Positions 1 through 10,320 of a stretch of DNA of 64,000 nucleotides are shown here, one piece after another. The stretch comes from a virus. Position numbers and translations under genes: made by a program. Location of the stretch: the IMG/VR virus record IMGVR_UViG_3300027418_000370. One strand, written 5' to 3'. Each line of letters opens with the position of its first letter. The stretch's first letter is position 1. The notes beneath the pieces were generated by a model. It was not told where the DNA came from, did not search any database, and was given only the letters and a program-made list of their open reading frames with translations.

Positions 1-1
1 T

Positions 2-2164
2 GAAGTAGGTAGAGTGTTTGCTCAACTAAAAACCTCTGCAGATAACGTTGCTAAAGTACAACGAAGTATTCAAGAGAGTTCTGCCGGTACTGCTAATGCT
101 ATTAAGGAACAAAAAGCTAACCAGGATAAAGCTACTCAGTTAGCAAAACAAGCTGGTGAGTTTTATATTCAAGCTCAGACAGCAACCGGTAAAACAAAAG
201 ATAATCTTCTACAGCAATCAGAAAACCTTTATAGAGCTTCAGGAGAAGCTAGAGTACTTTCTGAATTATATAAAGAAATTGCAATACAGGCAGCTAAACT
301 AGACTCCTCCACAAAGTTCTTTAGAGCAGCAAGCACATTTATATCCAGTATACCTGGATTTAAAGCATTCGCTGAACCTTTCCAGCAAGCAGAAAAAGCA
401 GCCAGAGAAGCTGTAGCTAAGACAGGTAGTACTATATCAGGCTTTGGAGCAGGTTTAAAAGCTCTAGGTAAAGGTTTATTTGATATGCTATCTCTTCCTG
501 CTTTAATTGCAGGTACATTACAGCTTTCAAAGAATACTAAGGACTTAAGTACTAACTTAGGTATTAGCATGAGTGCTGCAAGAGATATTGAAAGAAGTTT
601 CGATAGGTTTGCACTAAGTACAGAAGATAGCAGAGTAACTACTCAGAAACTACTACAGGCACAGAATACATTATCCGGTCAATTAGGTTTAGCAGTACAG
701 TTTAGTGGGGAGACTCTACAGAACTTTATCATGCTTACCGAGTATATGGGAGTAAGCACAGAAGCTGCTGCTAAACTCACCCTACTCACAGAAGGACTTG
801 GAGATAACTCTAAGAAATTCACAGATAATATAGCTGAGTCTGTAACTCTAGCTGGACAGGCATTAGGAGTTAATATACCTCTAAAAGAAGCTTACGAGAC
901 TATCGGTAAGATGTCTTCAACTACGCTAGTTAATCTACAGAGAAACCCAGAAGCATTAGCCAGAGCAGTAGCAGAAGCAAAAGCATTAGGAGCTACCTTT
1001 GAACAGTTAAGCAGTGTTTCAAGTAGCTTACTTAATTTTGAGACCTCTATCGAGAATGAGCTTCAAGCTGAACTTCTAGTAGGACGTCAGCTTAATCTAG
1101 AAAAAGCTAGAGCAGCAGCACTGACTGGTGATCAAGCAAGCTTAGCAAAAGAACTGAGAACTCAGATCGGCTCGATTAACGAGTTCGAAAAGATGAACGT
1201 AATTCAAAGAGAATCTCTAGCACAGGCCTTTGGATTAAACGTTGAGCAGTTGAGTGAGATGCTTCTAAAGCAAGAAGCATTAAATGCTAATGCTAAATCT
1301 GCCAGAGACCTAACAACAGAGCAGATCAGTCAAGCTAGAGCGTTAGCTAAAGAGAAGAACATAGGATTTGGAGATGCACTATCTCAGATTCAAGAAGAAA
1401 GAGATGCTGCTAAAGCTTTTGAAGATGCATCTAAAAAACTACTAGGTACATTCCAGAGATTATTTATCGAGCTATCTCCTGTACTAGAAAAGATTGCTAA
1501 TATTGCTGGTGATCTAGCTGCTAATCCATTCTTCAAAGGACTTACTCTTGTAGGAGCTGGAACAATGGCTTTATCCTCTATTGCTAAATCTCTAAACCTT
1601 ATGCCTCAAAAGGTGTTTGTTGTTAACCAAGCAGGTGGAACAGGAGCAAGCGGAGGAGGTATGCTAGGTACATACGGAGCCGGAAGCAACGCTTCAGCAC
1701 TATCGGCAGCTAGAGCAAAAGGACTTTCAAATAAGCAAATTGCTGCAGGCTTTGGAGGTAAAGGAGCTATGCAAGGACTAAAGAGCAGTAGAATGGTTAC
1801 CAGAGGAGCAGGAATTGCTGCTATAGGAGGACTAGCTGGCGCTGCAATGATGCAATCTGAAAACGAAGGAATGCAGATCGGTGGAGCAGCTCTATCTGGA
1901 GCAAGTACCGGAGCGATGGTCGGTGGTATGTTCGGCCCAGCCGGTATGGCAGTAGGAGCAGGATTAGGAGCAGCTATTGGAGGTCTTACAGCCTACCTTA
2001 ATAAGAAGGATAAGGATGATGAGAAAGCAAAAGACACTGGTGCTGAAAAATACGATAAGATGATTAAGCTGCTCGAAGAGCAAGCTAAGAAAGATACTAA
2101 GATATTCATGGATGCCAATCAGGTCGGTATCTCTATGGCTTTAGGTAACCCAAGATTGAATTAA
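2..2164 (+). CDS. Tail tape-measure protein (5'-truncated by window edge)
   Basis: Frame is open from position 2. Long Ala/Leu/Gln-rich helical protein with a Gly-rich hydrophobic C-terminal region (GAALSGASTGAMVGGMFGPAG), upstream of baseplate-like genes. Confidence 0.8.
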   Translation, partial: EVGRVFAQLKTSADNVAKVQRSIQESSAGTANAIKEQKANQDKATQLAKQAGEFYIQAQTATGKTKDNLLQQSENLYRASGEARVLSELYKEIAIQAAKLDSSTKFFRAASTFISSIPGFKAFAEPFQQAEKAAREAVAKTGSTISGFGAGLKALGKGLFDMLSLPALIAGTLQLSKNTKDLSTNLGISMSAARDIERSFDRFALSTEDSRVTTQKLLQAQNTLSGQLGLAVQFSGETLQNFIMLTEYMGVSTEAAAKLTLLTEGLGDNSKKFTDNIAESVTLAGQALGVNIPLKEAYETIGKMSSTTLVNLQRNPEALARAVAEAKALGATFEQLSSVSSSLLNFETSIENELQAELLVGRQLNLEKARAAALTGDQASLAKELRTQIGSINEFEKMNVIQRESLAQAFGLNVEQLSEMLLKQEALNANAKSARDLTTEQISQARALAKEKNIGFGDALSQIQEERDAAKAFEDASKKLLGTFQRLFIELSPVLEKIANIAGDLAANPFFKGLTLVGAGTMALSSIAKSLNLMPQKVFVVNQAGGTGASGGGMLGTYGAGSNASALSAARAKGLSNKQIAAGFGGKGAMQGLKSSRMVTRGAGIAAIGGLAGAAMMQSENEGMQIGGAALSGASTGAMVGGMFGPAGMAVGAGLGAAIGGLTAYLNKKDKDDEKAKDTGAEKYDKMIKLLEEQAKKDTKIFMDANQVGISMALGNPRLN

Positions 2165-2165
2165 G

Positions 2166-3581
2166 ATGCCTTTACTAGACTTAAAAACTAAATTAAAAGA
2201 TCTAAAGTTTGGTACTTTAGCACCTTATATCCAAAAAGATATAAACAATCCGGGTGTACCTTCCTCTAATCAGATTCAAGCCAGAGCCGAAGATCTAGAA
2301 CGTCTTACTAAAATGCTAGCCGATAGACCGGGTGTAGAATTTGCTACTAAACAAGTAGTACTTGAGGCCAGTAAAGCAGATACTTTAATAGATATCTTTA
2401 ATAAGAATACTGTCGTAAACCCGGCCTTAAGAATCGGTAACATACTTCTACAGATTCCTGTTAATAGAACAGGTACGCATTTCTCTGCATTAGGAGGAGG
2501 ACCTCTCACTAACTACTATACTAGAAATAATAATGCTGCTAGTGAAGCGCTTGCCGGTAAGACAATACGTATTGAGAAACGCTCTCAATTACGTACTAAA
2601 ATAAGTGAGTTAGGTAAGCCTGAGAGATTTAGCACAGTATTAACTAGAACTCAAGCTAGTGCTCAAGCTAAAAACAATAAAAAGGTTGTTCTTGGAGTTA
2701 AGCCCGACTTAGTAGACACACGGTCAACTGATTCTGTTAACCTACTAGACGTAGGAGGAACTCTTAAAGACGATTTACTGATGGGAGTAACCTTCAACGT
2801 ATTTGGAAAAGCAACTACTACGATGAATACCTTCAGGGGCTTTGTTCAGAACATCTCAGATAACTATACAGGTAACTGGCAATCAGTTAACTACGTAGGT
2901 AGAATGGAACAATTCTTTACATATACAGGGTTTACTCGAACGTTTAACTTTCAATTAGTTATTCCAATATTTTCTGCTGCCGAGCAACCAAGAGTCTTTA
3001 ATAAAATTAACTCTCTAGTATCCTATACTGCTCCTACTTATGTGGATAACTTACCTCAAGGTACTATTGTCTATATGACAATGGGTAACTACCTACGTAC
3101 TGCCGGAATAATAAACTCAGTATCTATTACTGTCGCCAACGATGTACCATGGTCTTACAGTCAGAAGAGTGCATACGGAGATAATAAAGCAAGACTACTG
3201 CCTCAAGTTATTACCGCTAATATCCAATTTACTCCAATCCACAGCACAGTACCTCAGCTCTTTACATCCCCATTCAGCAAAGCTACACCAGACGGACAGT
3301 ACATCAATCAAGGAAGTAAGGTAGTTGACAGAGATTTTGCAAGAGAAGAGACATTAGCTACTCTAGGAGATATGGAAGCTCTACAGTTAGATGAAATTGA
3401 CCTTCTTCAAGGCGAATTAGTGCCGTTAATTGATAAATTAACTTCTGCTATTTCAACTGAAGCAGAAGATTTCGCTGCTCTATTTGCTAATAGGTCAAGC
3501 AGATTTGGTGGTTTAACGCCGTCAATTGAAGTAGGAGAAGGATTCTTTAGTGATATTGAAGATCAAGACACTTACTTATGA
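2166..3581 (+). CDS. Putative baseplate/tail-tube initiator-like structural protein
   Basis: FRGFVQNISDNYTGNWQSVNYVGR..FTYTGFTRTFNF segment typical of contractile-tail tube-initiator proteins; follows the tape measure gene. Confidence 0.6.
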   Translation: MPLLDLKTKLKDLKFGTLAPYIQKDINNPGVPSSNQIQARAEDLERLTKMLADRPGVEFATKQVVLEASKADTLIDIFNKNTVVNPALRIGNILLQIPVNRTGTHFSALGGGPLTNYYTRNNNAASEALAGKTIRIEKRSQLRTKISELGKPERFSTVLTRTQASAQAKNNKKVVLGVKPDLVDTRSTDSVNLLDVGGTLKDDLLMGVTFNVFGKATTTMNTFRGFVQNISDNYTGNWQSVNYVGRMEQFFTYTGFTRTFNFQLVIPIFSAAEQPRVFNKINSLVSYTAPTYVDNLPQGTIVYMTMGNYLRTAGIINSVSITVANDVPWSYSQKSAYGDNKARLLPQVITANIQFTPIHSTVPQLFTSPFSKATPDGQYINQGSKVVDRDFAREETLATLGDMEALQLDEIDLLQGELVPLIDKLTSAISTEAEDFAALFANRSSRFGGLTPSIEVGEGFFSDIEDQDTYL

Positions 3582-3877
3582 AAAGATACGAAGACATACC
3601 GGTACGTAATGTAGGAGCTAAACCTTACAGGGGAGCAACTATCTATCCAGAAGTACCAGCTTCAGAGCAAGACTACTATGTAGTTACTTCTGTAGGCGAT
3701 AGGTTTGATATTTTATCTAAGCAATTCTACGGCGATCAACAGTACTGGTGGGTAATTGCTTCTGCTAATCCCAATGTTAGAAGAGATACTATGTACATTG
3801 AACCAGGGTTACAGTTGCGTATTCCACCTCTAAGAGCTATATTAAACAGTTACGAACAGTTAAATGCTTCTAGATGA
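3578..3877 (+). CDS. LysM/tail-X-like baseplate wedge protein
   Basis: GDRFDILSKQFYGDQQYWWVIASAN...PGLQLRIP LysM-like signature. Confidence 0.8.
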   Translation: MKRYEDIPVRNVGAKPYRGATIYPEVPASEQDYYVVTSVGDRFDILSKQFYGDQQYWWVIASANPNVRRDTMYIEPGLQLRIPPLRAILNSYEQLNASR

Positions 3878-5112
3878 ATTATCTTGTAGGTACACCTATA
3901 GCAGGATCCGTTGCTAAAAGCATCGAAGATCGTCAAAACATCTTTGAAGCTAACGATGGTTCTTTACGTCAAGCTTATATACAGTACCAGTCCCTAGCAC
4001 CTTGGGTAAGACTAAGCTCAGCCGTTAAAATTAAAGCAGGTACTAAGACAGCTGAAAAGTTTGGTACCGGTACTGAACTAGCTAAGAATAACGTACTCTT
4101 TACTCTCTTTAATAAAGAGACAGATGGACTTCCAGGCTATGAAAGAACACAGCTCGGATACAGACCTGCTCCCGGTATACAGGACATGCAGATTCATTCC
4201 CATAATAGATTTGGATCTTTAAGAACAGCTGTAGTAAAGTACCAATGCTGGAGTAGAGAGCAACTAGATGTATTAGAACTCCTTTATATGAGACCCGGGT
4301 TTAACGTGTTCTTAGAATGGGGATGGTCAGGCTACTTAGCTAACGATAACGGCAACTATAACGTTGATACGTTGGTAGAACCTATTGATTTTACAGCCTA
4401 TAACACCAGAGAAGCTGCACAAGCAGCTATGGTTACCAAACGCAATAAGTATACGTACCATTATGATGGTATAGCAGGAGTAGTAAAAAACTTTACCTGG
4501 TCTCTAAGAAACGATGGCGGTTATGATTGCTCTACATATATTGTAACAGCAGGCGATGTAGCAGAGTCCTTAAAAATTAACTTCTATGTCTCTAATGCGG
4601 ACATTAAAAAAGCAATAACAAAAGCAACCAATGCTGTAGATACCGCTGCCCTCGCAGTAACTTCTAAAACAGTTACAGTTCAAGGGATAGACAAACCTGT
4701 AACACTCACAGACATTCAAGCAAAAGCTAAGATTACCCCGCAATTCCCCGACGTTAACGAAATACGGTATAAAAGCGCTATCGCACCACCAGACTTTAAT
4801 AGTGCAGCAGATCCTGAAGCCGGTCAAACATTATCTAAACTTTACGAAGAATATAAAGCAAGAGTGAATGACGCGTTAAAAGTTACTAGACAGACAAGTA
4901 TTGTTAAAGACCCGAAAGACAAGGGCCTCTATATAAATCTAAAAGAAGGTACATTTGGCTTTGAAGGAAGCTACTACCAGCTTAACAATGTCAACGGTCT
5001 TATTGCTCAAGCAGAAAAGTTCGTACAGGATAATCCTGCAGTTGAAATCTTAGTCCGACCAACCCGAATAAATGAAATGGTAGTAATGCGATTTAAAGAT
5101 TATACAATCTAA
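3874..5112 (+). CDS. Putative baseplate hub/structural protein
   Basis: Position in the tail module; LYMRPGFNVFLEWGWS and GVVKNFTWS..GGYDC motifs resembling phage hub proteins. Confidence 0.5.
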   Translation: MNYLVGTPIAGSVAKSIEDRQNIFEANDGSLRQAYIQYQSLAPWVRLSSAVKIKAGTKTAEKFGTGTELAKNNVLFTLFNKETDGLPGYERTQLGYRPAPGIQDMQIHSHNRFGSLRTAVVKYQCWSREQLDVLELLYMRPGFNVFLEWGWSGYLANDNGNYNVDTLVEPIDFTAYNTREAAQAAMVTKRNKYTYHYDGIAGVVKNFTWSLRNDGGYDCSTYIVTAGDVAESLKINFYVSNADIKKAITKATNAVDTAALAVTSKTVTVQGIDKPVTLTDIQAKAKITPQFPDVNEIRYKSAIAPPDFNSAADPEAGQTLSKLYEEYKARVNDALKVTRQTSIVKDPKDKGLYINLKEGTFGFEGSYYQLNNVNGLIAQAEKFVQDNPAVEILVRPTRINEMVVMRFKDYTI

Positions 5113-5118
5113 TTAACT

Positions 5119-7017
5119 ATGGCGTTTACTCAAGAATATAAGACAAAGATCCACGAAGCGCTGCTGGTAAAGGTATGGTCAGAAAATACTACAGCCCCAG
5201 GCACCGGCTATATAATTCTTCCTGATGATACGCTTGATGATATTATTTCATCTAAAGATAAGGAAACAGTAAAAAGCAAACTATACCACCAGACATTCGT
5301 ATACAAAGCCAGTACTGTTGAGCAGACTCAAAACGGAAACTCTGCTCAAGATGCTACTCAGGTATTTGTAAAACTTGGATTATTTCTAGCTATACTTAAT
5401 AAGCAGTTAAAAAAAGCTACCGCTCCTTACATATCTTTTGAAATAGACTCAGGTGATAACTTCTACAGAACTATTGATGGACACATCTCTATAGATCCTC
5501 AAGTATGTTTACTACCAAGCACACTACAGTCACTACTAGACGGACAGGAAGGTTTTGATCCTCCTCTTGTCTACGATGTATTACTTAACATTAATGCTAT
5601 AACTCGTATACTTGATGAACATACCAGCAGAGATGCCTCAGTAGCCTTATTAGACTTCTTTGAAAGCTTATTTAGTGAGGTTGAAAGAGTAACTGGAGTA
5701 ATAAACAAATATGAATTACAGTACTACGAAGAGTCTTCAACGTTTACAGTTGTAGATCGAAATCATTTAAGTACAGTACCTAAGTCAAAGCTCCCACAAA
5801 TAAACATTTTTGGTCTAAACAGTATTGTTAAAAACGTAGGGCTTGTAAGCAAGATATCTCCAAAGATTTCGAGCATGATAGCCATCTCAGCTCAAGATTC
5901 ACCGTTCACTACCAATATGGAAGGAACAGGTTTTAATGCCTTAAGTAAAGATTTAGAACAAAGTATTACTAACACTATAGAAGACGACAGCGGTACTATT
6001 GACTCTGTTAAAATTGAAGCTGCTACTACCACATATGAGCAGATGTTAGAAGCTTTTGAAAAAGATATGATTGTAATCTTCGCTCACGTAAACGCAATCT
6101 ACGGAGTAGCAAAAGTACTAAACCTAACAGACGCTTATACAGTATCTAGTTTGTACCAAAACTACTGTAATATGGTTATAGGTAAGAAGCAGGATCCTGC
6201 ATATTCTTTTATTATTCCTTTTGAGCTTAACTTAGCTCTCCATGGAATGTCAGGATTTAGAGTACTAGAGAGCTTTAGAATTGATAAAAGAGTGTTACCT
6301 AGTACATACGGCGGTACTCGAGGTACAGATATTGCTTTTGTAATCACAGGAGTAGAACATCAGGTAAACAGAGGTCAATGGGTAACAAATATAAAAACTC
6401 AGATCTATAATGTAAACGACGCAGGCACTATTAACGATGGTAAAAATTACCAAAAGTTCTGGAAGCTAGGAGTTGATATTGGAGCTACTGGAGCTTCCTC
6501 TAGCCCCGGTTCTGGTGCAGATGTTATTTCAGGAGCCTACTCTACATCAACCGATAATAACCCCTACAATATACGTCCGATAGGAACATCAGTTAATTTT
6601 AACGGAGTGACCGGACAAAAAGAGGGCTTTAGAGGAAATACTTCGATAGGGTACTTCTTAGTCTTTGATACCCTAGATAATGGAGTACGAGCAGGAATGA
6701 AGAACCTTCTCAACGGATACTTTAAAGCAAACATAAACACAGTCTCTAAAATTATTAATAAGTACGCTCCAGCATCAGACGGAAACGATACAGCAAACTA
6801 TATTGCCAACGTTACATCTCGAATGAAGACAAATTTGAGTGGTACATTCTATTCTAATATTACCAAAGATACTGTACTAGCATTTGCAGGCGCTGCAGAA
6901 ACTAAACCAGATAACATAAAGATGTTTAAAGAACTCAATAAAGCAATACTTATATCAGAAGGAGGAAGCTTTGCTACAGCAACAGTAGATTCTTTCCAAA
7001 TATCTAATTTAGCTTAA
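5119..7017 (+). CDS. Tail/baseplate protein with C-terminal lysozyme-like domain
   Basis: Hub-like C-terminal part (FVITGVEHQVNRGQWVTNIKT), then a Gly/Ser linker and NNPYNIR...IINKYAPASDGNDTANYI, a motif of virion-associated lysozyme-like domains. Confidence 0.6.
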   Translation: MAFTQEYKTKIHEALLVKVWSENTTAPGTGYIILPDDTLDDIISSKDKETVKSKLYHQTFVYKASTVEQTQNGNSAQDATQVFVKLGLFLAILNKQLKKATAPYISFEIDSGDNFYRTIDGHISIDPQVCLLPSTLQSLLDGQEGFDPPLVYDVLLNINAITRILDEHTSRDASVALLDFFESLFSEVERVTGVINKYELQYYEESSTFTVVDRNHLSTVPKSKLPQINIFGLNSIVKNVGLVSKISPKISSMIAISAQDSPFTTNMEGTGFNALSKDLEQSITNTIEDDSGTIDSVKIEAATTTYEQMLEAFEKDMIVIFAHVNAIYGVAKVLNLTDAYTVSSLYQNYCNMVIGKKQDPAYSFIIPFELNLALHGMSGFRVLESFRIDKRVLPSTYGGTRGTDIAFVITGVEHQVNRGQWVTNIKTQIYNVNDAGTINDGKNYQKFWKLGVDIGATGASSSPGSGADVISGAYSTSTDNNPYNIRPIGTSVNFNGVTGQKEGFRGNTSIGYFLVFDTLDNGVRAGMKNLLNGYFKANINTVSKIINKYAPASDGNDTANYIANVTSRMKTNLSGTFYSNITKDTVLAFAGAAETKPDNIKMFKELNKAILISEGGSFATATVDSFQISNLA

Positions 7018-7018
7018 T

Positions 7019-7609
7019 ATGTATCTGCCTAAGTTTAAACATACTGCTGCTCTGTATACTTTTGGAGAAGAATTTGCAATTGCTAGTACCGGAGAACTAT
7101 ATACAGGTTTCTACATTAGAACTTCAAAAGGAACATTCTACACAGGTACGGAGTTTAAAAAAAATCAAAGCCAGGAACTTATTAAAACCTCGGCACTCTC
7201 TACATCTACCTACCGAAATGTAGGAAGAGAGAAGTACGACGATGCTGCTAAAGTTACAATTAACCAACTACTGCTTAAAGAAACTCAACCAGTACCTTCC
7301 TACACTTATATACCAGACTACGAATTAAAAATTAATCGAAGATTCTTTGCTAAGAGTAAGATCACTGGAAGTATTATTGAGATAGACAGAGACACGTATA
7401 AAGAACTTTACAGTAAGTCTAATAAATACCACCACCCTTCCTATGAAGTTATTCTGATAGACTGGGATTTATCATCTCCAGTTGACGATTCGGTAAATGG
7501 TTCGTATATTGTAGAAGGAAGTAAGACTAAGAATAAAAAGCAGGTTTTGAAATTAGATAAGACCCTCCCTGGGTTACACGATTACCTAACTCAAACCAGC
7601 CAGTTATGA
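7019..7609 (+). CDS. Hypothetical phage protein
   Basis: 196-aa ORF coupled to the tail module; no recognised motif. Confidence 0.5.
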   Translation: MYLPKFKHTAALYTFGEEFAIASTGELYTGFYIRTSKGTFYTGTEFKKNQSQELIKTSALSTSTYRNVGREKYDDAAKVTINQLLLKETQPVPSYTYIPDYELKINRRFFAKSKITGSIIEIDRDTYKELYSKSNKYHHPSYEVILIDWDLSSPVDDSVNGSYIVEGSKTKNKKQVLKLDKTLPGLHDYLTQTSQL

Positions 7610-7619
7610 TAAATGAGTT

Positions 7620-8960
7620 ATGTTTTATATCGTTGAAAGCGACGAACAGTTAAATTATCTTTGTGCACTAGGACGAAATGAAGCGTACGTTGAAATTATT
7701 TCGGGTAATGACCGTTTCCATAGTCTACTTACTGGGACTGTTGCTGCTTATGTACGCCCTATCGGCCACCGTGAAGGATACATTATTCCAGTAAATCACT
7801 CGGAAGGACTTAATGTCTCAAAGGATCGCATACAAGACCTCTTAAAATGTTACGATACACTGTATACGTTTAATAAGAAGGCGTTCTTATATCATTTCTC
7901 TCACGGTAATATCAACGATATTAACCTGATGTACTCTATGAAAGAGTACGAAAGCTTACAGCTTCCTGACCCTCCTCATAGTATTCAATGGTTTTATAAT
8001 AGGTTAAACGAGAAAGAAGATCTAAACACGATCATTCCTCTACCTAAGCTCTTCGAAAAATGTGAACGTAACTACAGAGCTCTAGTAGAGACTATTGAGG
8101 AATATAGGTTTATGACTGAAGATCCTAGCTGGAAGTTCTATAATAACTTAGCAGTAGGAGTTTTCTATTTATCTGAACAATCAGGAATAAGAGTAGTATA
8201 TGATCAGTTTGTCGAAAAGTTTACCCCTACAAATCCTCGCTTTAGTATTGCGAATAATATTGCTTATACTAATTACAATCTTTATAATCCCACTAGTCGC
8301 CCTACTAGTGCCTTTAATGCTGTCAACTTCGCTGCAATCCCCAAGAAAGAAGAATATCGAAAGTGTTTCATCCCGCAAGGAGACAAATTTATAGAGTTTG
8401 ACTTCGATGGCTACCATATTCGCTTGATTGGCGAGGTAGTTGGCTATGAGTTTACGCCTGAAAGCGTGCATACACAGCTAGGAAGGATGTATTTTAGCAA
8501 GAATGAACTTACAGAAGAAGAATATAAGCTATCTAAACAGACTACCTTCCAGATTATGTACGGAGGAGTGCCGGATAAGTACCGCCACATCGAATTCTTT
8601 GATAAAGTAGCAGGGTTTATCAATAAACTGTGGAAAGAGTTTGCTGAAACCGGTATTGTACGTGCTCCTATCTCAAATAAGCCGTTTTTCTCTAACTTAA
8701 GAGATATGAACCCACAGAAATTGTTTAATTATGTGATTCAGTCGTTGGAAACCTCAAGAAACGTTCTTATATTAAGAGAAGTACTGAGCTACCTCAGAGA
8801 TAAGAAATCAAAGGTTACGTTATACACTTACGATGCTATCCTATTTGACTTCTATTTGGAGGACGGCAAAGATACCCTGGAAAATTTAGTAAAAATCCTT
8901 GATCAGGGAGGAAAATACCCTGTAAAATATAAACACAGTAATAATCTAGTTTTAGACTAA
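7620..8960 (+). CDS. Short, divergent family-A DNA polymerase-like protein
   Basis: Motif A-like FIEFDFDGYHIRL, motif B-like SKQTTFQIMYGG, motif C-like LYTYDAILFD; only 446 aa. Confidence 0.75.
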   Translation: MFYIVESDEQLNYLCALGRNEAYVEIISGNDRFHSLLTGTVAAYVRPIGHREGYIIPVNHSEGLNVSKDRIQDLLKCYDTLYTFNKKAFLYHFSHGNINDINLMYSMKEYESLQLPDPPHSIQWFYNRLNEKEDLNTIIPLPKLFEKCERNYRALVETIEEYRFMTEDPSWKFYNNLAVGVFYLSEQSGIRVVYDQFVEKFTPTNPRFSIANNIAYTNYNLYNPTSRPTSAFNAVNFAAIPKKEEYRKCFIPQGDKFIEFDFDGYHIRLIGEVVGYEFTPESVHTQLGRMYFSKNELTEEEYKLSKQTTFQIMYGGVPDKYRHIEFFDKVAGFINKLWKEFAETGIVRAPISNKPFFSNLRDMNPQKLFNYVIQSLETSRNVLILREVLSYLRDKKSKVTLYTYDAILFDFYLEDGKDTLENLVKILDQGGKYPVKYKHSNNLVLD

Positions 8961-8967
8961 TAAATTC

Positions 8968-8975
8968 TATTTATA
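8968..8975 (+). promoter_or_regulatory. Recurrent TATTTAT(A) motif, putative late promoter (representative)
   Basis: Also at about 13814, 16601, 35388, 38590, 45153, 45923, 52117 and 55336, all intergenic and upstream of + strand genes. Confidence 0.55.
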
Positions 8976-9428
8976 ATGGAAGTAATGGAACCACAATTTG
9001 GTTACGACTTTGTCACAGATACGGCAATTTGGAACGACGATATGAGTAATAAACTATTCTGTACATTCACCACAGAAGAGAATATAGATAACTTAGTAGA
9101 GACGATCAAAGGTAAGTACGACATCATGTACAATAAAATCTTTGTCCTCCATGCTAAAAGTAATGACGAGTACGTATGCACGTATAACGTTGACTTTGGC
9201 AATGTCGCTAACTTCCTAGATAATACTATTCTTGTACATCGCAAGAAAGAATCTAATACGCTTTATACAATTAATGCTCTTAATACACTCATCAAAGAGC
9301 TAAATGGCGGAGTAGCTGATTCAAGCTACCGGGTAGACTGGAATGACTACCGTAATTGTATTCTCCTCACTCGAGGAAACGAACTCAAGCGTATCAATAC
9401 CCGCCTTCACAAAATTATCGAGCTCTAA
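8976..9428 (+). CDS. Hypothetical phage protein
   Basis: 150-aa ORF immediately after a TATTTATA motif. Confidence 0.55.
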   Translation: MEVMEPQFGYDFVTDTAIWNDDMSNKLFCTFTTEENIDNLVETIKGKYDIMYNKIFVLHAKSNDEYVCTYNVDFGNVANFLDNTILVHRKKESNTLYTINALNTLIKELNGGVADSSYRVDWNDYRNCILLTRGNELKRINTRLHKIIEL

Positions 9429-9458
9429 GTTGGAGCAATGAAAACTTTTTCGTATATT
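9429..9458 (+). promoter_or_regulatory. Bacteroidota-type promoter (representative of about 17 copies)
   Basis: (G)TTG-N15/16-TTC(G/T)TAT(A/C)TT; further copies near 7481, 8744, 12260, 17237, 18271, 22824, 28213, 30936, 32448, 32996, 35930, 38795, 39087, 41947, 44587 and 53672. Confidence 0.75.
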
Positions 9459-9505
9459 GTATACGGAAACATATTCTATTAATCAGTTATTTAATCAGTT
9501 GTAGT

Positions 9506-10318
9506 ATGGATTTATCCGCTATTAAGCAAAAGCTCGCCTCCATGCAGAGTAATGGACGTGAGGAACGAGAGAAGATCGACTATGAAGCGGTGTTCTGGAA
9601 GCCAAGTATTGGCAAACACCAAATTCGTATCGTACCTTCAGCACTCAACCCTGAATACCCTTTCAGTGAGTTGTATTTTCACTACGGTATTGGAAAATAC
9701 CCTATGATCGCTCTAACCAATTTTGGTGAGCAAGATCCTGTTGTTGACTTTGTCAATGAGCTTCGTAAGACTTCCGATCGTGACAATTGGTCATTGTCTG
9801 GAAAGCTTGCACCTAAGATGCGAGTATTCGCACCTGTAGTAGTTCGTGGTGAGGAAGATAGAGGAGTACGTTTGTGGGGCTTTGGTAAGCAGGTTTACAA
9901 CACCTTGCTTCAATTAGCCGCTGATGAGGATGTCGGTGATTTTACTGACGTAATGAATGGCTTCGATATCGTTGTCGAGATGGTACAGGGTAATCCTTAT
10001 CCACAGACTTCGGTTCGTATCAAGCCTAAGCAGTCTACTTTGAGTGATAATAATACTCATGTAGATACTTGGTTGAAGACTCAACCAGATCCTTTGAAGT
10101 GCTTTACTAAGTACGACTTTAACTTCGTTAAGAAGCAATTAGAAGGTTGGCTTTCTGGTAATGAAGAAGGTGATGAAGCTCCTGCACCTGTTGCAGCTGC
10201 TCCTGCCGCTGTTCAAGCACCTAAGCAGTCGTTTACTTTGGAGACTCAAGCTCCTAAAGCAGCCGATACTGTTAGCCAATTCGACGATTTGTTTAAGGAC
10301 GACGATCTACCCTTCTAA
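9506..10318 (+). CDS. Single-stranded DNA-binding protein (T4 gp32-like)
   Basis: FWKP..GKHQIRIVP, GVRLWGFGKQVY, DFTDVMNGFD and acidic tail DDDLPF. ATG at 9506 lies downstream of the promoter at 9429-9458. Confidence 0.8.
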   Translation: MDLSAIKQKLASMQSNGREEREKIDYEAVFWKPSIGKHQIRIVPSALNPEYPFSELYFHYGIGKYPMIALTNFGEQDPVVDFVNELRKTSDRDNWSLSGKLAPKMRVFAPVVVRGEEDRGVRLWGFGKQVYNTLLQLAADEDVGDFTDVMNGFDIVVEMVQGNPYPQTSVRIKPKQSTLSDNNTHVDTWLKTQPDPLKCFTKYDFNFVKKQLEGWLSGNEEGDEAPAPVAAAPAAVQAPKQSFTLETQAPKAADTVSQFDDLFKDDDLPF

Positions 10319-10320
10319 GT

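Noticed and set aside
3874-7017. Frameshifted or split pseudogene of one large hub protein
   Set aside because: The two ORFs are in the same frame, separated by TAA and 6 nt with a plausible new ATG; they could be one gene in relatives, but this cannot be shown from the window.
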